Of a DNA stretch of 64,000 nt, positions 9,785 to 18,758 are shown in pieces (position 1 is the stretch's first letter; every line of letters starts with the position of its first letter). The stretch is from Chitinophagales bacterium. Lineage in GTDB: Bacteria; Bacteroidota; Bacteroidia; Chitinophagales; JAUHXS01. The DNA is taken from assembly GCA_965213575.1 (NCBI GenBank), contig CBDBZN010000003.1, forward strand, positions 2,372 to 66,371, in the 5' to 3' direction. The notes under the pieces are model-generated. The model did no database searches. It saw only the letters and a list, made by a program, of their open reading frames with translations, and was not told where the DNA came from. A program made the position numbers and the translations under genes.

Positions 9785-10738
9785 TTGAAAAATTTTGTTT
9801 CATTTTATGTTTTTATACTAGTAATACTACTTAATGGATTCGTACTACGTTGCTATGCACAAGAAGGCGGGTCGATGTATGGGAACCCTGATTCAGTCAT
9901 TAATGCTCGTTTAATTCCCGTTGCTATAGGAGGAGGAGTTCTGTATGGTGTAACGATGTATGGCTTATATGAATATTGGTATAAAGATTACGACAAAACA
10001 TCATTTCATTTTTTTAATGATAATAAAGAATGGCAGCAAATGGATAAAATGGGCCATTTATGGACGTCATATGTGGTAAGTAATATTTCAAAAGAAATTT
10101 TCAGTTGGACCGGCATTAAAAGAGATAAAGCAACATGGTTGGGTGCCGGAGTGAGTTTGACATTTTTAACTTCTATCGAAATATTAGATGGCTTTTCTGA
10201 AAAATGGGGAGCATCACCGGGTGATATTGGGTTTAATATATTGGGAACTGGCTTAATGGTCGGGCAAGAATTTTTATGGAAACAGCAAAAGTTAAGGCTT
10301 AAAGTATCCGGTTCTTCCAAAGAATACACCGGCAGTTTAGAGCAAAGAGGCCGAGATCTATTTGGTGTTTCATGGGCGGAGAGAACCTTGAAAGACTATA
10401 ATGCTCAAACATATTGGTTAGTTCTGGATATAACGCCCTTTCAAGAAGGGAAGAAATTTTTACCACACTGGCTTAATATTGCAGTAGGGTATGGTGCAGA
10501 AGGCATGTTAGGGGGTTTTGATAATGTATATATCCAAGATGGACAAGTTATAGACCGAAGTGATATTACTCGATATAGGCAATATTATCTTTCATTAGAT
10601 GTTGACTTATCTGCGATTAAAACAAATTCTAAGATTTTGAAACCTATCTTAAATACATTAAACTTCTTTAAGCAACCACTGCCGACACTAGAATATAATA
10701 AAGAGCAGGGTTTTATTTTTCACTTTTTCTTTTTTTAA
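9785..10738 (+). CDS. DUF2279-like (YfiM-like) outer-membrane/periplasmic protein
   Basis: 317-aa ORF with a signal-like N-terminus. FFNDNKEWQQMDKMGHLWTSY matches my recollection of the DUF2279 DKxGH core. TTG start as given by the track. Confidence 0.45.
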   Translation: MKNFVSFYVFILVILLNGFVLRCYAQEGGSMYGNPDSVINARLIPVAIGGGVLYGVTMYGLYEYWYKDYDKTSFHFFNDNKEWQQMDKMGHLWTSYVVSNISKEIFSWTGIKRDKATWLGAGVSLTFLTSIEILDGFSEKWGASPGDIGFNILGTGLMVGQEFLWKQQKLRLKVSGSSKEYTGSLEQRGRDLFGVSWAERTLKDYNAQTYWLVLDITPFQEGKKFLPHWLNIAVGYGAEGMLGGFDNVYIQDGQVIDRSDITRYRQYYLSLDVDLSAIKTNSKILKPILNTLNFFKQPLPTLEYNKEQGFIFHFFFF

Positions 10739-11547
10739 TGGAGTTTAATAAGGGAGAGAAAGTAGCTGATCTTTTACCTGATACAGAAAAGGTAATTGCA
10801 ACCGGAATGCACTTTATTGTATATCCTGATAATGATGTGCTGCGTTTATATCTAGCTAATAATACCTCGTTAACCGTAAGTGTCGATTTTTCTGTAACTA
10901 TTTCTGATAATGTTAAGCATTTAAATATTAATTGTGATACCAGGTCAATCACTTATCTTGACAAGCTGTCTCTAGATAGTTTTAATGATAACCCTCGCTT
11001 TGAATTTATAGTCACTGATAAAAAAGCAAATAATTCTGTTAAGTATCCTATTAAAATCCGTAAAAGTAATTATTTTAAAAAGCTTGTTTATAATGACGTT
11101 TTTGGAGGCAAAGTGTATTTGGTTTTAGTCTATAAGGAATTGAAAACTAAATTGGAGGAGGTCGACCTTACTCCATTACGACGTAGCTTCAATAAAAAGT
11201 CTTTACCCACATCCAAAAAAAATAGTCAAAAAGAAGATATAAAAAGTCGTTTTCGATTGGTAGGCACAGAAGTAGCCATAGATTTACATATTGAAAAGTT
11301 GCTTCCCGATCATCAGAGTATGAGTAATTTTGAAATCATAAATTATCAAATTAATTATCTTCATACCTGCATTAATGAATCTATTATAAATGATATTAAA
11401 AAATTATCTGTAATTCATGGATTGGGGAAAGGCGTATTAAGGCAGCGTGTACATGAAGTATTAAAAGAATACGAACAGGTGGAATATTTCGTTAATCAAT
11501 ATGATCCTAAATATGGATTTGGCGCGACTTTTGTGTTCTTTAAGTAA
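10738..11547 (+). CDS. Smr-domain protein (DUF2027 N-terminal region plus C-terminal Smr nuclease-like domain)
   Basis: 269-aa ORF. The C-terminal LSVIHGLGKGVLRQRVHEVL fits the Smr IHGxGxGxLR motif. Confidence 0.65.
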   Translation: MEFNKGEKVADLLPDTEKVIATGMHFIVYPDNDVLRLYLANNTSLTVSVDFSVTISDNVKHLNINCDTRSITYLDKLSLDSFNDNPRFEFIVTDKKANNSVKYPIKIRKSNYFKKLVYNDVFGGKVYLVLVYKELKTKLEEVDLTPLRRSFNKKSLPTSKKNSQKEDIKSRFRLVGTEVAIDLHIEKLLPDHQSMSNFEIINYQINYLHTCINESIINDIKKLSVIHGLGKGVLRQRVHEVLKEYEQVEYFVNQYDPKYGFGATFVFFK

Positions 11548-11907
11548 TGATCGTAAGCCGCTCTATCGCTCCGCTTTAGCGGGGAGGAAAGTCCGGACAA
11601 CTAAGAGCGCCATGCCTCCTAACAGGAGGATTCTGCTTTAGCGGAATAGCTAGTGTTACAGAAAATAACCGCCCCGGTTAATCGGGGTAAGGGTGAAAAG
11701 GTGAGGTAAGAGCTCACCGGTATCGATAGTAATGCCGATAGCCGAACAAACCTCATGGGTTGAAAGGCCATGTATATCAACAATTAAGGGCTGCTCGTCC
11801 AATGTTGAGGGGTAGGCCGATAGACTCCAACAGTGATGCTGGAGCTAGATAAATGATAGAGATCCCGCATAGCGGGAAAACAGAATCCGGCTTATAGGCT
11901 TACGATC
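11548..11907 (+). ncRNA. rnpB: RNase P RNA, bacterial type A
   Basis: The 5' gatcgtaagcc pairs with the 3' ggcttacgatc (P1). The universally conserved GGAGGAAAGTCCGGAC (P4 5' strand) and ACAGAATCCGGCTTAT (P4 3' strand) are present. Length about 360 nt. Confidence 0.9.
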
Positions 11908-12024
11908 TTATTTATGTCTATTACAAAGACCTTTTGGGATTAATTTTAACCAAGTACATCAAAGAATGTATATTTTGTTAAATTTGTTAATTCCAAACAA
12001 TGGTATAGATAAATTTTAAGCTAT

Positions 12025-12729
12025 ATGGACTATATAAAACATTTCTTTATATCTCTAACCATAGCTTTTTCACTCAATAGCTACGCCCAATTAGATACCG
12101 TAATTGTCAAAATCAAAGATGTTGAGCATTTTCAAGTTACTAAAGACGGTATGGTATTGGAAGAAGGTATGTACGCGAACGGGAAAAAAGAAGGAGTTTG
12201 GAAACAGTATACTAATACCGGTGCTCTATCTAAAATAATTACTTATCGAAATGATAAATTGCAAGGCGCTACTTTTGAAGTAAACGATAAAGGATTCATT
12301 ACAAAAGAAATTAATTATCTGGATGGCGAAAGATATGGAGCTACGCGTACTTTTACATACGATAAATACTCGAAGGAGCCGGCAGCTTTAGCTTCTGTAG
12401 AAACTTACGACCAAGACAAACTAGATGGATATAAAAGAAAAAATTATCCAAAGAAAACAACTCCACAAGAAGAAGGATATTGGAAAGATGGGGAGCGGAA
12501 TGGACTTACAAAATGGTATTATGAAAATGGGGGGATTTTAGGAGAGTTTACTTATAAAAGCGGTGATTTAGATGGCCCATATAAAGCTTATCATGAAAAT
12601 GGAAAACTAAGAGAAGAAGGACAATATATTGCGAATGAAAAAGATGGAGTTTGGAAAGAATATAATGAAGAAGGAAAATTAATAAGTACTACAAAGTATA
12701 AAAACGGCGAAGTAAAATCTAAAAAATAA
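12025..12729 (+). CDS. MORN-variant repeat protein (YwqK-like antitoxin family annotation class), secreted
   Basis: 234-aa ORF with a signal peptide and repeated G-x-W-x-x-Y-x-x-x-G-x-L units (GVWKQYTNTGAL, GLTKWYYENGGI, GPYKAYHENGKL, GVWKEYNEEGKL). Confidence 0.65.
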   Translation: MDYIKHFFISLTIAFSLNSYAQLDTVIVKIKDVEHFQVTKDGMVLEEGMYANGKKEGVWKQYTNTGALSKIITYRNDKLQGATFEVNDKGFITKEINYLDGERYGATRTFTYDKYSKEPAALASVETYDQDKLDGYKRKNYPKKTTPQEEGYWKDGERNGLTKWYYENGGILGEFTYKSGDLDGPYKAYHENGKLREEGQYIANEKDGVWKEYNEEGKLISTTKYKNGEVKSKK

Positions 12730-12735
12730 ACATCT

Positions 12736-14097
12736 ATGCCTAATGTACTCATCATTGACGATGAAAAAGCGATTCGTAAAAGCTTACGAGAAATTCTGGA
12801 ATATGAAAGCTACAAAGTAGAAGAGGCAGATAGTGGCCAAGCCGGATTGAAGTTGATCAAAGAAAACGCTTTTGATATCGTTTTGTTAGATATTAAAATG
12901 CCTCATATGGATGGTATGGAAGTACTGGAAAAGCTTCGAGAGATGGAAGAAGACTTGCCGGTTATTATGATATCAGGACATGGAAATGAAGAAACAGCTG
13001 TAGAAGCAGTCAAAAAGGGAGCATTTGATTTTATTTCTAAGCCCCCAGATTTAAATCGTCTATTAATTACTATCCGCAATGCGCAAGATAAGACTCACTT
13101 GATTACTGAAACAAAAGTCTTAAAAAGAAAAATCAGTAAAACACGGGAAATTATAGGAGAGTCTCCGGCTATTCAGAAAGTCATAGAAACAATAGACAGA
13201 GTAGCACCCACTGATGCAAGAGTCTTGGTAACAGGAGAAAATGGTTCCGGTAAAGAGCTTGTTGCAAGATGGATCCATGAAAAAAGTAATCGTGCAAATG
13301 GACCTTTTGTAGAAGTAAACTGTGCAGCTATACCTTCAGAACTTATAGAAAGTGAGTTATTTGGCCATGAAAAAGGAGCATTTACTTCTGCTTTAAAACA
13401 ACGTGTAGGCAAATTTGAGCAAGCTAATGATGGCACACTTTTTTTAGATGAGATTGGTGACATGAGCTTGTCTGCACAGGCTAAAGTATTGAGAGCTTTG
13501 CAAGAAAACAAGATTACTAGAGTAGGAGGCGAGAAAGATATCACAGTAAATGTCAGGATTATTGCTGCTACAAATAAAGACTTGATCAAAGAGATCGATG
13601 AAAGCAATTTCAGAATGGACCTTTATCATAGGTTAAGTGTGATACTCATTCATGTCCCTTCATTAAATGAACGTACCGGAGATATCCCGTTATTAGCTGA
13701 AAAGTTTGTGAAGGAAATATGTGAAGATTATAGTATTCCCCGTAAAGTAATCACTACTGATGCATTAGAAGCTTTACAAAATGTTAATTGGACCGGAAAT
13801 ATTCGAGAATTAAGAAACGTGATAGAACGACTCATCATTTTGAGTGGTGAAAAGATTACTCAGCAAGATGTTAATAATAATGTAGTTATGTCAGATGCCA
13901 AGCATTTCTCAGATGATGTGTTTGGTAAATATAGCAAGTTTCAAGATTTTAAAGATCATATGGAGTGTATGTTCATTGAACATAAATTAATGAAAAACGA
14001 CTGGAATGTATCTAAAACAGCAGAAGAGATAGACATTCAAAGAAGCCATTTATATAATAAAATAGAAAAATTCGGATTGAAGCGTGTTAATGCATAG
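12736..14097 (+). CDS. Sigma-54-dependent response regulator (NtrC/AtoC family)
   Basis: 453-aa ORF. Receiver domain (DIVLLDIKMPHMDG), AAA+ sigma-54 interaction domain (GENGSGKELVARWIH, GHEKGAFTSA GAFTGA-type loop, FLDEIGDM) and a C-terminal HTH. Confidence 0.9.
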   Translation: MPNVLIIDDEKAIRKSLREILEYESYKVEEADSGQAGLKLIKENAFDIVLLDIKMPHMDGMEVLEKLREMEEDLPVIMISGHGNEETAVEAVKKGAFDFISKPPDLNRLLITIRNAQDKTHLITETKVLKRKISKTREIIGESPAIQKVIETIDRVAPTDARVLVTGENGSGKELVARWIHEKSNRANGPFVEVNCAAIPSELIESELFGHEKGAFTSALKQRVGKFEQANDGTLFLDEIGDMSLSAQAKVLRALQENKITRVGGEKDITVNVRIIAATNKDLIKEIDESNFRMDLYHRLSVILIHVPSLNERTGDIPLLAEKFVKEICEDYSIPRKVITTDALEALQNVNWTGNIRELRNVIERLIILSGEKITQQDVNNNVVMSDAKHFSDDVFGKYSKFQDFKDHMECMFIEHKLMKNDWNVSKTAEEIDIQRSHLYNKIEKFGLKRVNA

Positions 14098-14102
14098 GGT
14101 AT

Positions 14103-16457
14103 TTATTTAATTATTTGAATCGTTCCTATTTGCTCAATCGTTTTTCCGTTTAAGTAACTTCCTGTAATATAGTATGTGAGAATTTGGGAATAATCCTCAT
14201 TGGCAGAAATAGGACTCCAAGTTTTAGTGATGTCATTTGTACTCCATATTTTCTTCCCCCATCGATTATATAATAAAAATGAAATTTCTGCAATACCAGA
14301 AAAATTAAATCTTAATTCATTATTGTTTGAGCTACTGGCTATTGCAATTGCATTAGGAATGAATAGATAATATTCAACTTCTATAGGTGGAGATGGCGGA
14401 ATTGGAGGAATAATAGTATCACAATTTATTGTATCTACCGTTATTTCTTTAAAGACTTCACAGCCTTCTTGAGATATAGTAAGAGAATAAATCCCCGGTT
14501 CTGTTACATTGATAAATGGAGTGTTTTCTCCGGTAGACCAATTATATAATACTCCGTCTATTTGCTTTCCAATGATCACACTATCATTATGACATAGTGT
14601 AGTATCACGAAGTTCGTCTAAAGCAATAACATCTACTACAGTTATTGTTAAAGTATCTGTCCTGCAAAAAGCTAGATTAAGAGGAATTAATGTATATTGA
14701 CTGGTTGAAGTAGGAGAGACTATCATAGAGTCTTCATTACCTAAAACATTTTGTTGGGTCACTTATTTCAATCCATCCAAAGCTCCCTGTGGGGAGGTTG
14801 TATGGAAAAATTAGTATTATTGAATCGCCTTTACACAAAGCTGAATCACTGGCTGAAAGCTGTACATTAGCAATGGTAGGCGTAAATTCAGAAGTATTAT
14901 TAGTAGTAGATGTTGCAGTAGCTGTTAGGTTACAAAGTATCTGTAAAGTTTCCGGATAATGACCAATTTCCGATATTATCAGTTATTGTGGTTCCAATAT
15001 AAGTCTGCCCTTGTGGAAAGTTATTTCCAGAATGATTATAATATAATTCTACAGAATCTCCCGGATTAGCTGTTCCTGAAATAAGTGTATCGCTTCTATG
15101 GTTAAATAATGGAAATGGATATTCGTCATTCCCTCCATTGTTTAAAGAAATACCTTCTAAGTCATTATTATAAAAAAGATTTCGTCTAATAGGATTAAAA
15201 TCAGCTGTTGGAGAGGAGATTCTGATTCCATCTCCCGTGTTAAAAGCAATTATATTGGAGTTGTTACCGTCTGAAGTACCAATTTTACATCCTGTAATTC
15301 GACTATCGTCATTAAATAATATACCAGCGTTCATATTTCCAAAATTAAGCACACCATTCGTATCAGTGCCAATATAATTTTGGTAAATAAATATATTTGA
15401 AACAGTATCTGATAACAAAATGCCAGTGTTTTGATAAGCAATTATGTTCTTATTGACCAATACATTTTTAACAGCATCGCTAAGGGCAATTCCCGGGCCT
15501 GCATTACCCATATTAACAGTTAAAGAAGAATCTATACCTATATGATTATTTTCAATAGCTACATTTCTAGTAGTTCCGCTTATAGAAATGCTTCCGGATA
15601 TACTACTCCCTATATAGTTTTTACCATTGAAATTTGGGCGACCTATTTGAATTCCTTCTGATGTCCCCGTTATTTTAATACCATTTAAAAGATTAGGAAG
15701 CGGTATGTCTCCGGTTACATTCATCCCAATTTTATTTTTAAAAAATTTTAACATCCCCTGTATTAACAATATGGATACCGCTGGAACGATTTTTGGATAT
15801 TACATTATTGTTTATATCTACTCCCTCACTGTCTTCTAATCTAATTCCATTTAATGCATTACCCCTATCATTTTCTCCAATTGAATCTGTACCGATAAAA
15901 TTATTTTCAATTTTGAGATCCATCACCATCCTTGCTTTTATTCCATTACGTTGATTGTCAGAAATAACACAAAATTGAACAATCGATTGATCTATCATAT
16001 CGCCATCGATATTTTCATGAAAAACAATTCCATTGCCAAAGTTTCCTGCCAAACTTTTAAAATTCTTTATTTCTACTCCTGAAATTTCGCAGCCTGAAAC
16101 GGCAATTTCTAATCCATCTCCAATTATTCCATTTCCATCAATTATAATTTTACGTCCACTACCTACATATCCATTGTTTGGCTGACTTCTGCCTTCTATG
16201 CTAGTTCCTTGAGCATCTTCTTCAATGAGAGCAGGAAGAGGTGATAATAAAATAATTCTATGAGGAGGTGTTCCTGGTATATCAAAATCAATGCTAGTGC
16301 CATTCATATTTGCTTCCTCCATCGCTGCTCTTAGAGATCCTATACCGCTATCATTAGTATTGATAACCGTCACTCCAAAAGAAAAAAATACTTGGTTAAT
16401 AAAGAAAATAGTTAGAAGTAAGTATGATATCGATTTCATATTCATTAATTTAGGCAT
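14103..16457 (-). pseudogene. Secreted right-handed beta-helix repeat protein with T9SS type-B (gliding-associated C-terminal) sorting domain, broken by at least three frame changes
   Basis: ORF-track pieces 15738..16457, 14930..15769 and 14103..14762, plus an unlisted open stretch of about 14737..14985, read as one protein. It has a signal peptide (MKSISYLLLTIFFINQVFF), many NxxIxxN/G beta-helix repeats and the C-terminal ...LYNRWGKKIWS...GTIQIIK. Removing one A from the A6 run 15740..15745 fuses ...NTGDVKIF to KNKIGMNVTGD.... The other shifts lie within 14933..14985 and near the T4 run 14749..14752. Confidence 0.6.
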
Positions 16458-16515
16458 TAAGATAAGTTAGTGAAAAATCGCTTGATTTTAAAATATAGCT
16501 TTATTAAAATATTCT

Positions 16516-16914
16516 ATGAAACACTTTTACAAAGAAGGAGATACAAAACAATATTCTATAATTGTATCAGAAAAAGATACGGCACGATTTCCTTCCGGCG
16601 AAGTTCATCCGGTGTATTCAACCTTTGCGTTAGCACGAGATGCCGAATGGTGTGGCCGCCAGTTTGTATTAGATATGAAAGAGGAGGATGAAGAGGGGAT
16701 CGGTACTAAATTAAGTATTGACCATATTTCGCCGGCATCAATAGAGCAAAAAGTTGTATTTACATCTACCATCACTGAGGTTAGAAAAAATACTATTAAG
16801 TGTAGTTATTTAGCAAAAGTGAAAGATAAGATCATTGCTAAAGGTATGCAGGAACAAAAGGTATTGAAAAAAGAAAAAATTAGAGAACTATTTTCATCTT
16901 TATCAGGCAATTAA
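16516..16914 (+). CDS. Hotdog-fold thioesterase-like protein (COG5496-like)
   Basis: 132-aa ORF. VSEKDTARFPSGEVHPVYSTFALARDAEW resembles the small predicted-thioesterase family. This is a weak, motif-level call. Confidence 0.45.
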   Translation: MKHFYKEGDTKQYSIIVSEKDTARFPSGEVHPVYSTFALARDAEWCGRQFVLDMKEEDEEGIGTKLSIDHISPASIEQKVVFTSTITEVRKNTIKCSYLAKVKDKIIAKGMQEQKVLKKEKIRELFSSLSGN

Positions 16915-16937
16915 AAACATAAAAGAAGCAGCAGGGT

Positions 16938-17396
16938 ATGAGTGATCAAAAAGTAAATATTAAGAACAGAAAAGCTTCGTTTAATTATCATTTTCTTGAA
17001 AAATTTATTGCAGGTATAATGCTTACCGGCACAGAGATAAAATCGATCAGGGCAGGCAAAGCAAATATTAATGAAGCATATTGTTTCCTTACCAGAAAAG
17101 GAGAACTTTTTATTAAAAATATGCACATCACCGAGTATGATAAGGGCACTCATTATAATCATGATCCTATTCGGCAACGAAAATTGTTGCTTACTAAAAG
17201 AGAAATTGATAAAATCGAAAGCAAAATTACCGGCCCGGGGGTTACTATAGTGCCTACTAAACTCTTCATTTCTGAAAGAGGATTGGCAAAGCTGGAAATT
17301 GCCGTAGCTACCGGAAAAAAGCAGCATGATAAACGAGAGTCCCTCAAAGAAAAAGATGCTAAGCGTGATATGGACCGGATGAAAAAGCGCTATTAA
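16938..17396 (+). CDS. smpB: SsrA-binding protein SmpB
   Basis: 152-aa ORF. KNRKASFNYHFLEKFIAGIMLTGTEIKSIRAGKANINEAYC and the basic C-terminal tail are typical of SmpB. Confidence 0.95.
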   Translation: MSDQKVNIKNRKASFNYHFLEKFIAGIMLTGTEIKSIRAGKANINEAYCFLTRKGELFIKNMHITEYDKGTHYNHDPIRQRKLLLTKREIDKIESKITGPGVTIVPTKLFISERGLAKLEIAVATGKKQHDKRESLKEKDAKRDMDRMKKRY

Positions 17397-17572
17397 CTGA
17401 GCTATCAATTCAACCTGAACATATTTCTCCCACTATCGTAATCGTTAAACTTGTTTTACAATATAATATTCTAAGTCATTAAAATTGTTAACATCTTGTT
17501 ACTATCATTTTAAGTTAGTTGAGAAATATCTTCACTTGATCCTTAACTTTGAATTAAAATAAAATTTATACG

Positions 17573-18229
17573 ATGAAATTTTTTATAGATACAGCGAATA
17601 TTGAGCAAATAAAAGAAGCGAAGGACATGGGCATTCTTGATGGTGTGACTACAAATCCGTCTTTAATGGCTAAGGAAGGCATCACCGGAGAACAAAATAT
17701 CTTAGATCATTATGTTAAAATTTGTGAATTAGTAAAAGCTGATGTAAGTGCTGAAGTTGTATCTACCGATTATAGAGGAATTATTGAAGAAGGGCATCAG
17801 CTAGCTGCACTACATCCAAATATAGTTGTAAAAGTACCTATGATCAAAGATGGTATCAAAGCAATAAAAGATCTAAGCAGTCAAAATATTAAGACTAATT
17901 GCACTTTAGTATTTTCAGCAGGGCAAGCTTTACTGGCAGCTAAAGCAGGAGCTACTTATCTATCGCCTTTTATCGGGCGTTTAGACGACACATCTTGGGA
18001 TGGTATTAATTTGATTCAGCAAATCAGTCATATTTATTCGGTGTATAATTATCCCACTCAGGTATTAGCTGCTTCTATCAGAAATCCACTTCATATTGTC
18101 CGATGTGCAGAAGTAGGTGCAGATGTAGTAACTTGTCCGCTTGATTCCATAAAAGGATTGCTAAATCATCCTTTAACGGATATTGGCCTAGAAAAATTCT
18201 TGGCTGATTATAGAAAAGGGAATGAATAG
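17573..18229 (+). CDS. fsa: Fructose-6-phosphate aldolase / short transaldolase (TalC/FSA subfamily)
   Basis: 218-aa ORF. MKFFIDTANIEQIKEA..GILDGVTTNPSL and NIVVKVP (active-site Lys context) are present. Confidence 0.9.
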   Translation: MKFFIDTANIEQIKEAKDMGILDGVTTNPSLMAKEGITGEQNILDHYVKICELVKADVSAEVVSTDYRGIIEEGHQLAALHPNIVVKVPMIKDGIKAIKDLSSQNIKTNCTLVFSAGQALLAAKAGATYLSPFIGRLDDTSWDGINLIQQISHIYSVYNYPTQVLAASIRNPLHIVRCAEVGADVVTCPLDSIKGLLNHPLTDIGLEKFLADYRKGNE

Positions 18230-18334
18230 AAGAAGAGTTTACGATTTTTGATTTACAAATTACAATTCATAAAGTCTTTATCAGCAGATAGTAGACTATG
18301 CTAAAACCGAGATTCTCGTACTGCAGAATTAATC

Positions 18335-18691
18335 AGGCACATTCGCAAGTAATAAAAATGAATGATACCAAGGTGTTCAATGAAATTTATAGGTGTAAAT
18401 CACCCAGATTTTAACCAAAAAAGCCTAATATCGGGGTTATTTTTGCAATGATTTTTTGTTACTTTTCTTTTTTTCAAGAAAAGTAACAAAAAAAAATTCA
18501 AGGCTGATTTTTCTCGCAAACAATCTCAGAAATGCTACCCAAAACAGCAGAAACTCGCCACCTATTGGTGGCTTCATACATCTGATGTTTCTCTCCCTCT
18601 CAATTTCGAGATTGTAGTAGCTTGAAAAAAAGACCATTCCCTAAACTCAGGAATTTCTGATTTTAAAACTGCTCTACTTGCGAATGTGCCT
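18335..18691. repeat. Inverted-repeat-bounded 357-bp noncoding element (MITE-like or structured RNA locus)
   Basis: Perfect 17-bp inverted repeat aggcacattcgcaagta (18335..18351) / tacttgcgaatgtgcct (18675..18691). A central perfect hairpin lies near 18453..18493 (ttgttacttttctt-tttttc-aagaaaagtaacaa, extendable by T/A pairs to about 18 bp), and a second hairpin gccacc-tatt-ggtggc lies near 18556..18571. Confidence 0.4.
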
Positions 18692-18758
18692 ATTTAGTGA
18701 TCCCTTAGGCCTAATAAGTGGAAGAAAGATAAATCCTGTTAATGAAAACACTATTAAT

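Noticed and set aside
11547-11548. RNase P RNA starting on the nucleotide after the Smr-gene stop codon, as a sign of co-processing
   Set aside because: The P1 boundary was assigned by hand and could move by a few nt. Tight packing alone is weak evidence and needs transcript mapping.
16911-17408. 165-aa ORF antisense to smpB, and many similar antisense ORFs in the track (for example 13173..13607, 19435..21087 pieces, 25942..26331, 40917..41336, 55488..55844, 56246..56620, 10006..10329, 24864..25286)
   Set aside because: Each lies wholly inside, or is an artefact of, a confidently identified gene on the other strand or frame. Their composition is typical of antisense translation.
18437-18637. 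66-aa ORF in the fsa-secDF spacer
   Set aside because: The low-complexity, K/F-rich translation runs straight through a perfect DNA hairpin. There is no start context and no recognisable domain.
16938-18758. tmRNA (ssrA) or another housekeeping RNA next to smpB
   Set aside because: I looked for the tRNA-like 5' GGGG... / 3' ...TCGAATCCC...CCA ends and a tag-reading-frame pattern and found none in the flanking spacers.
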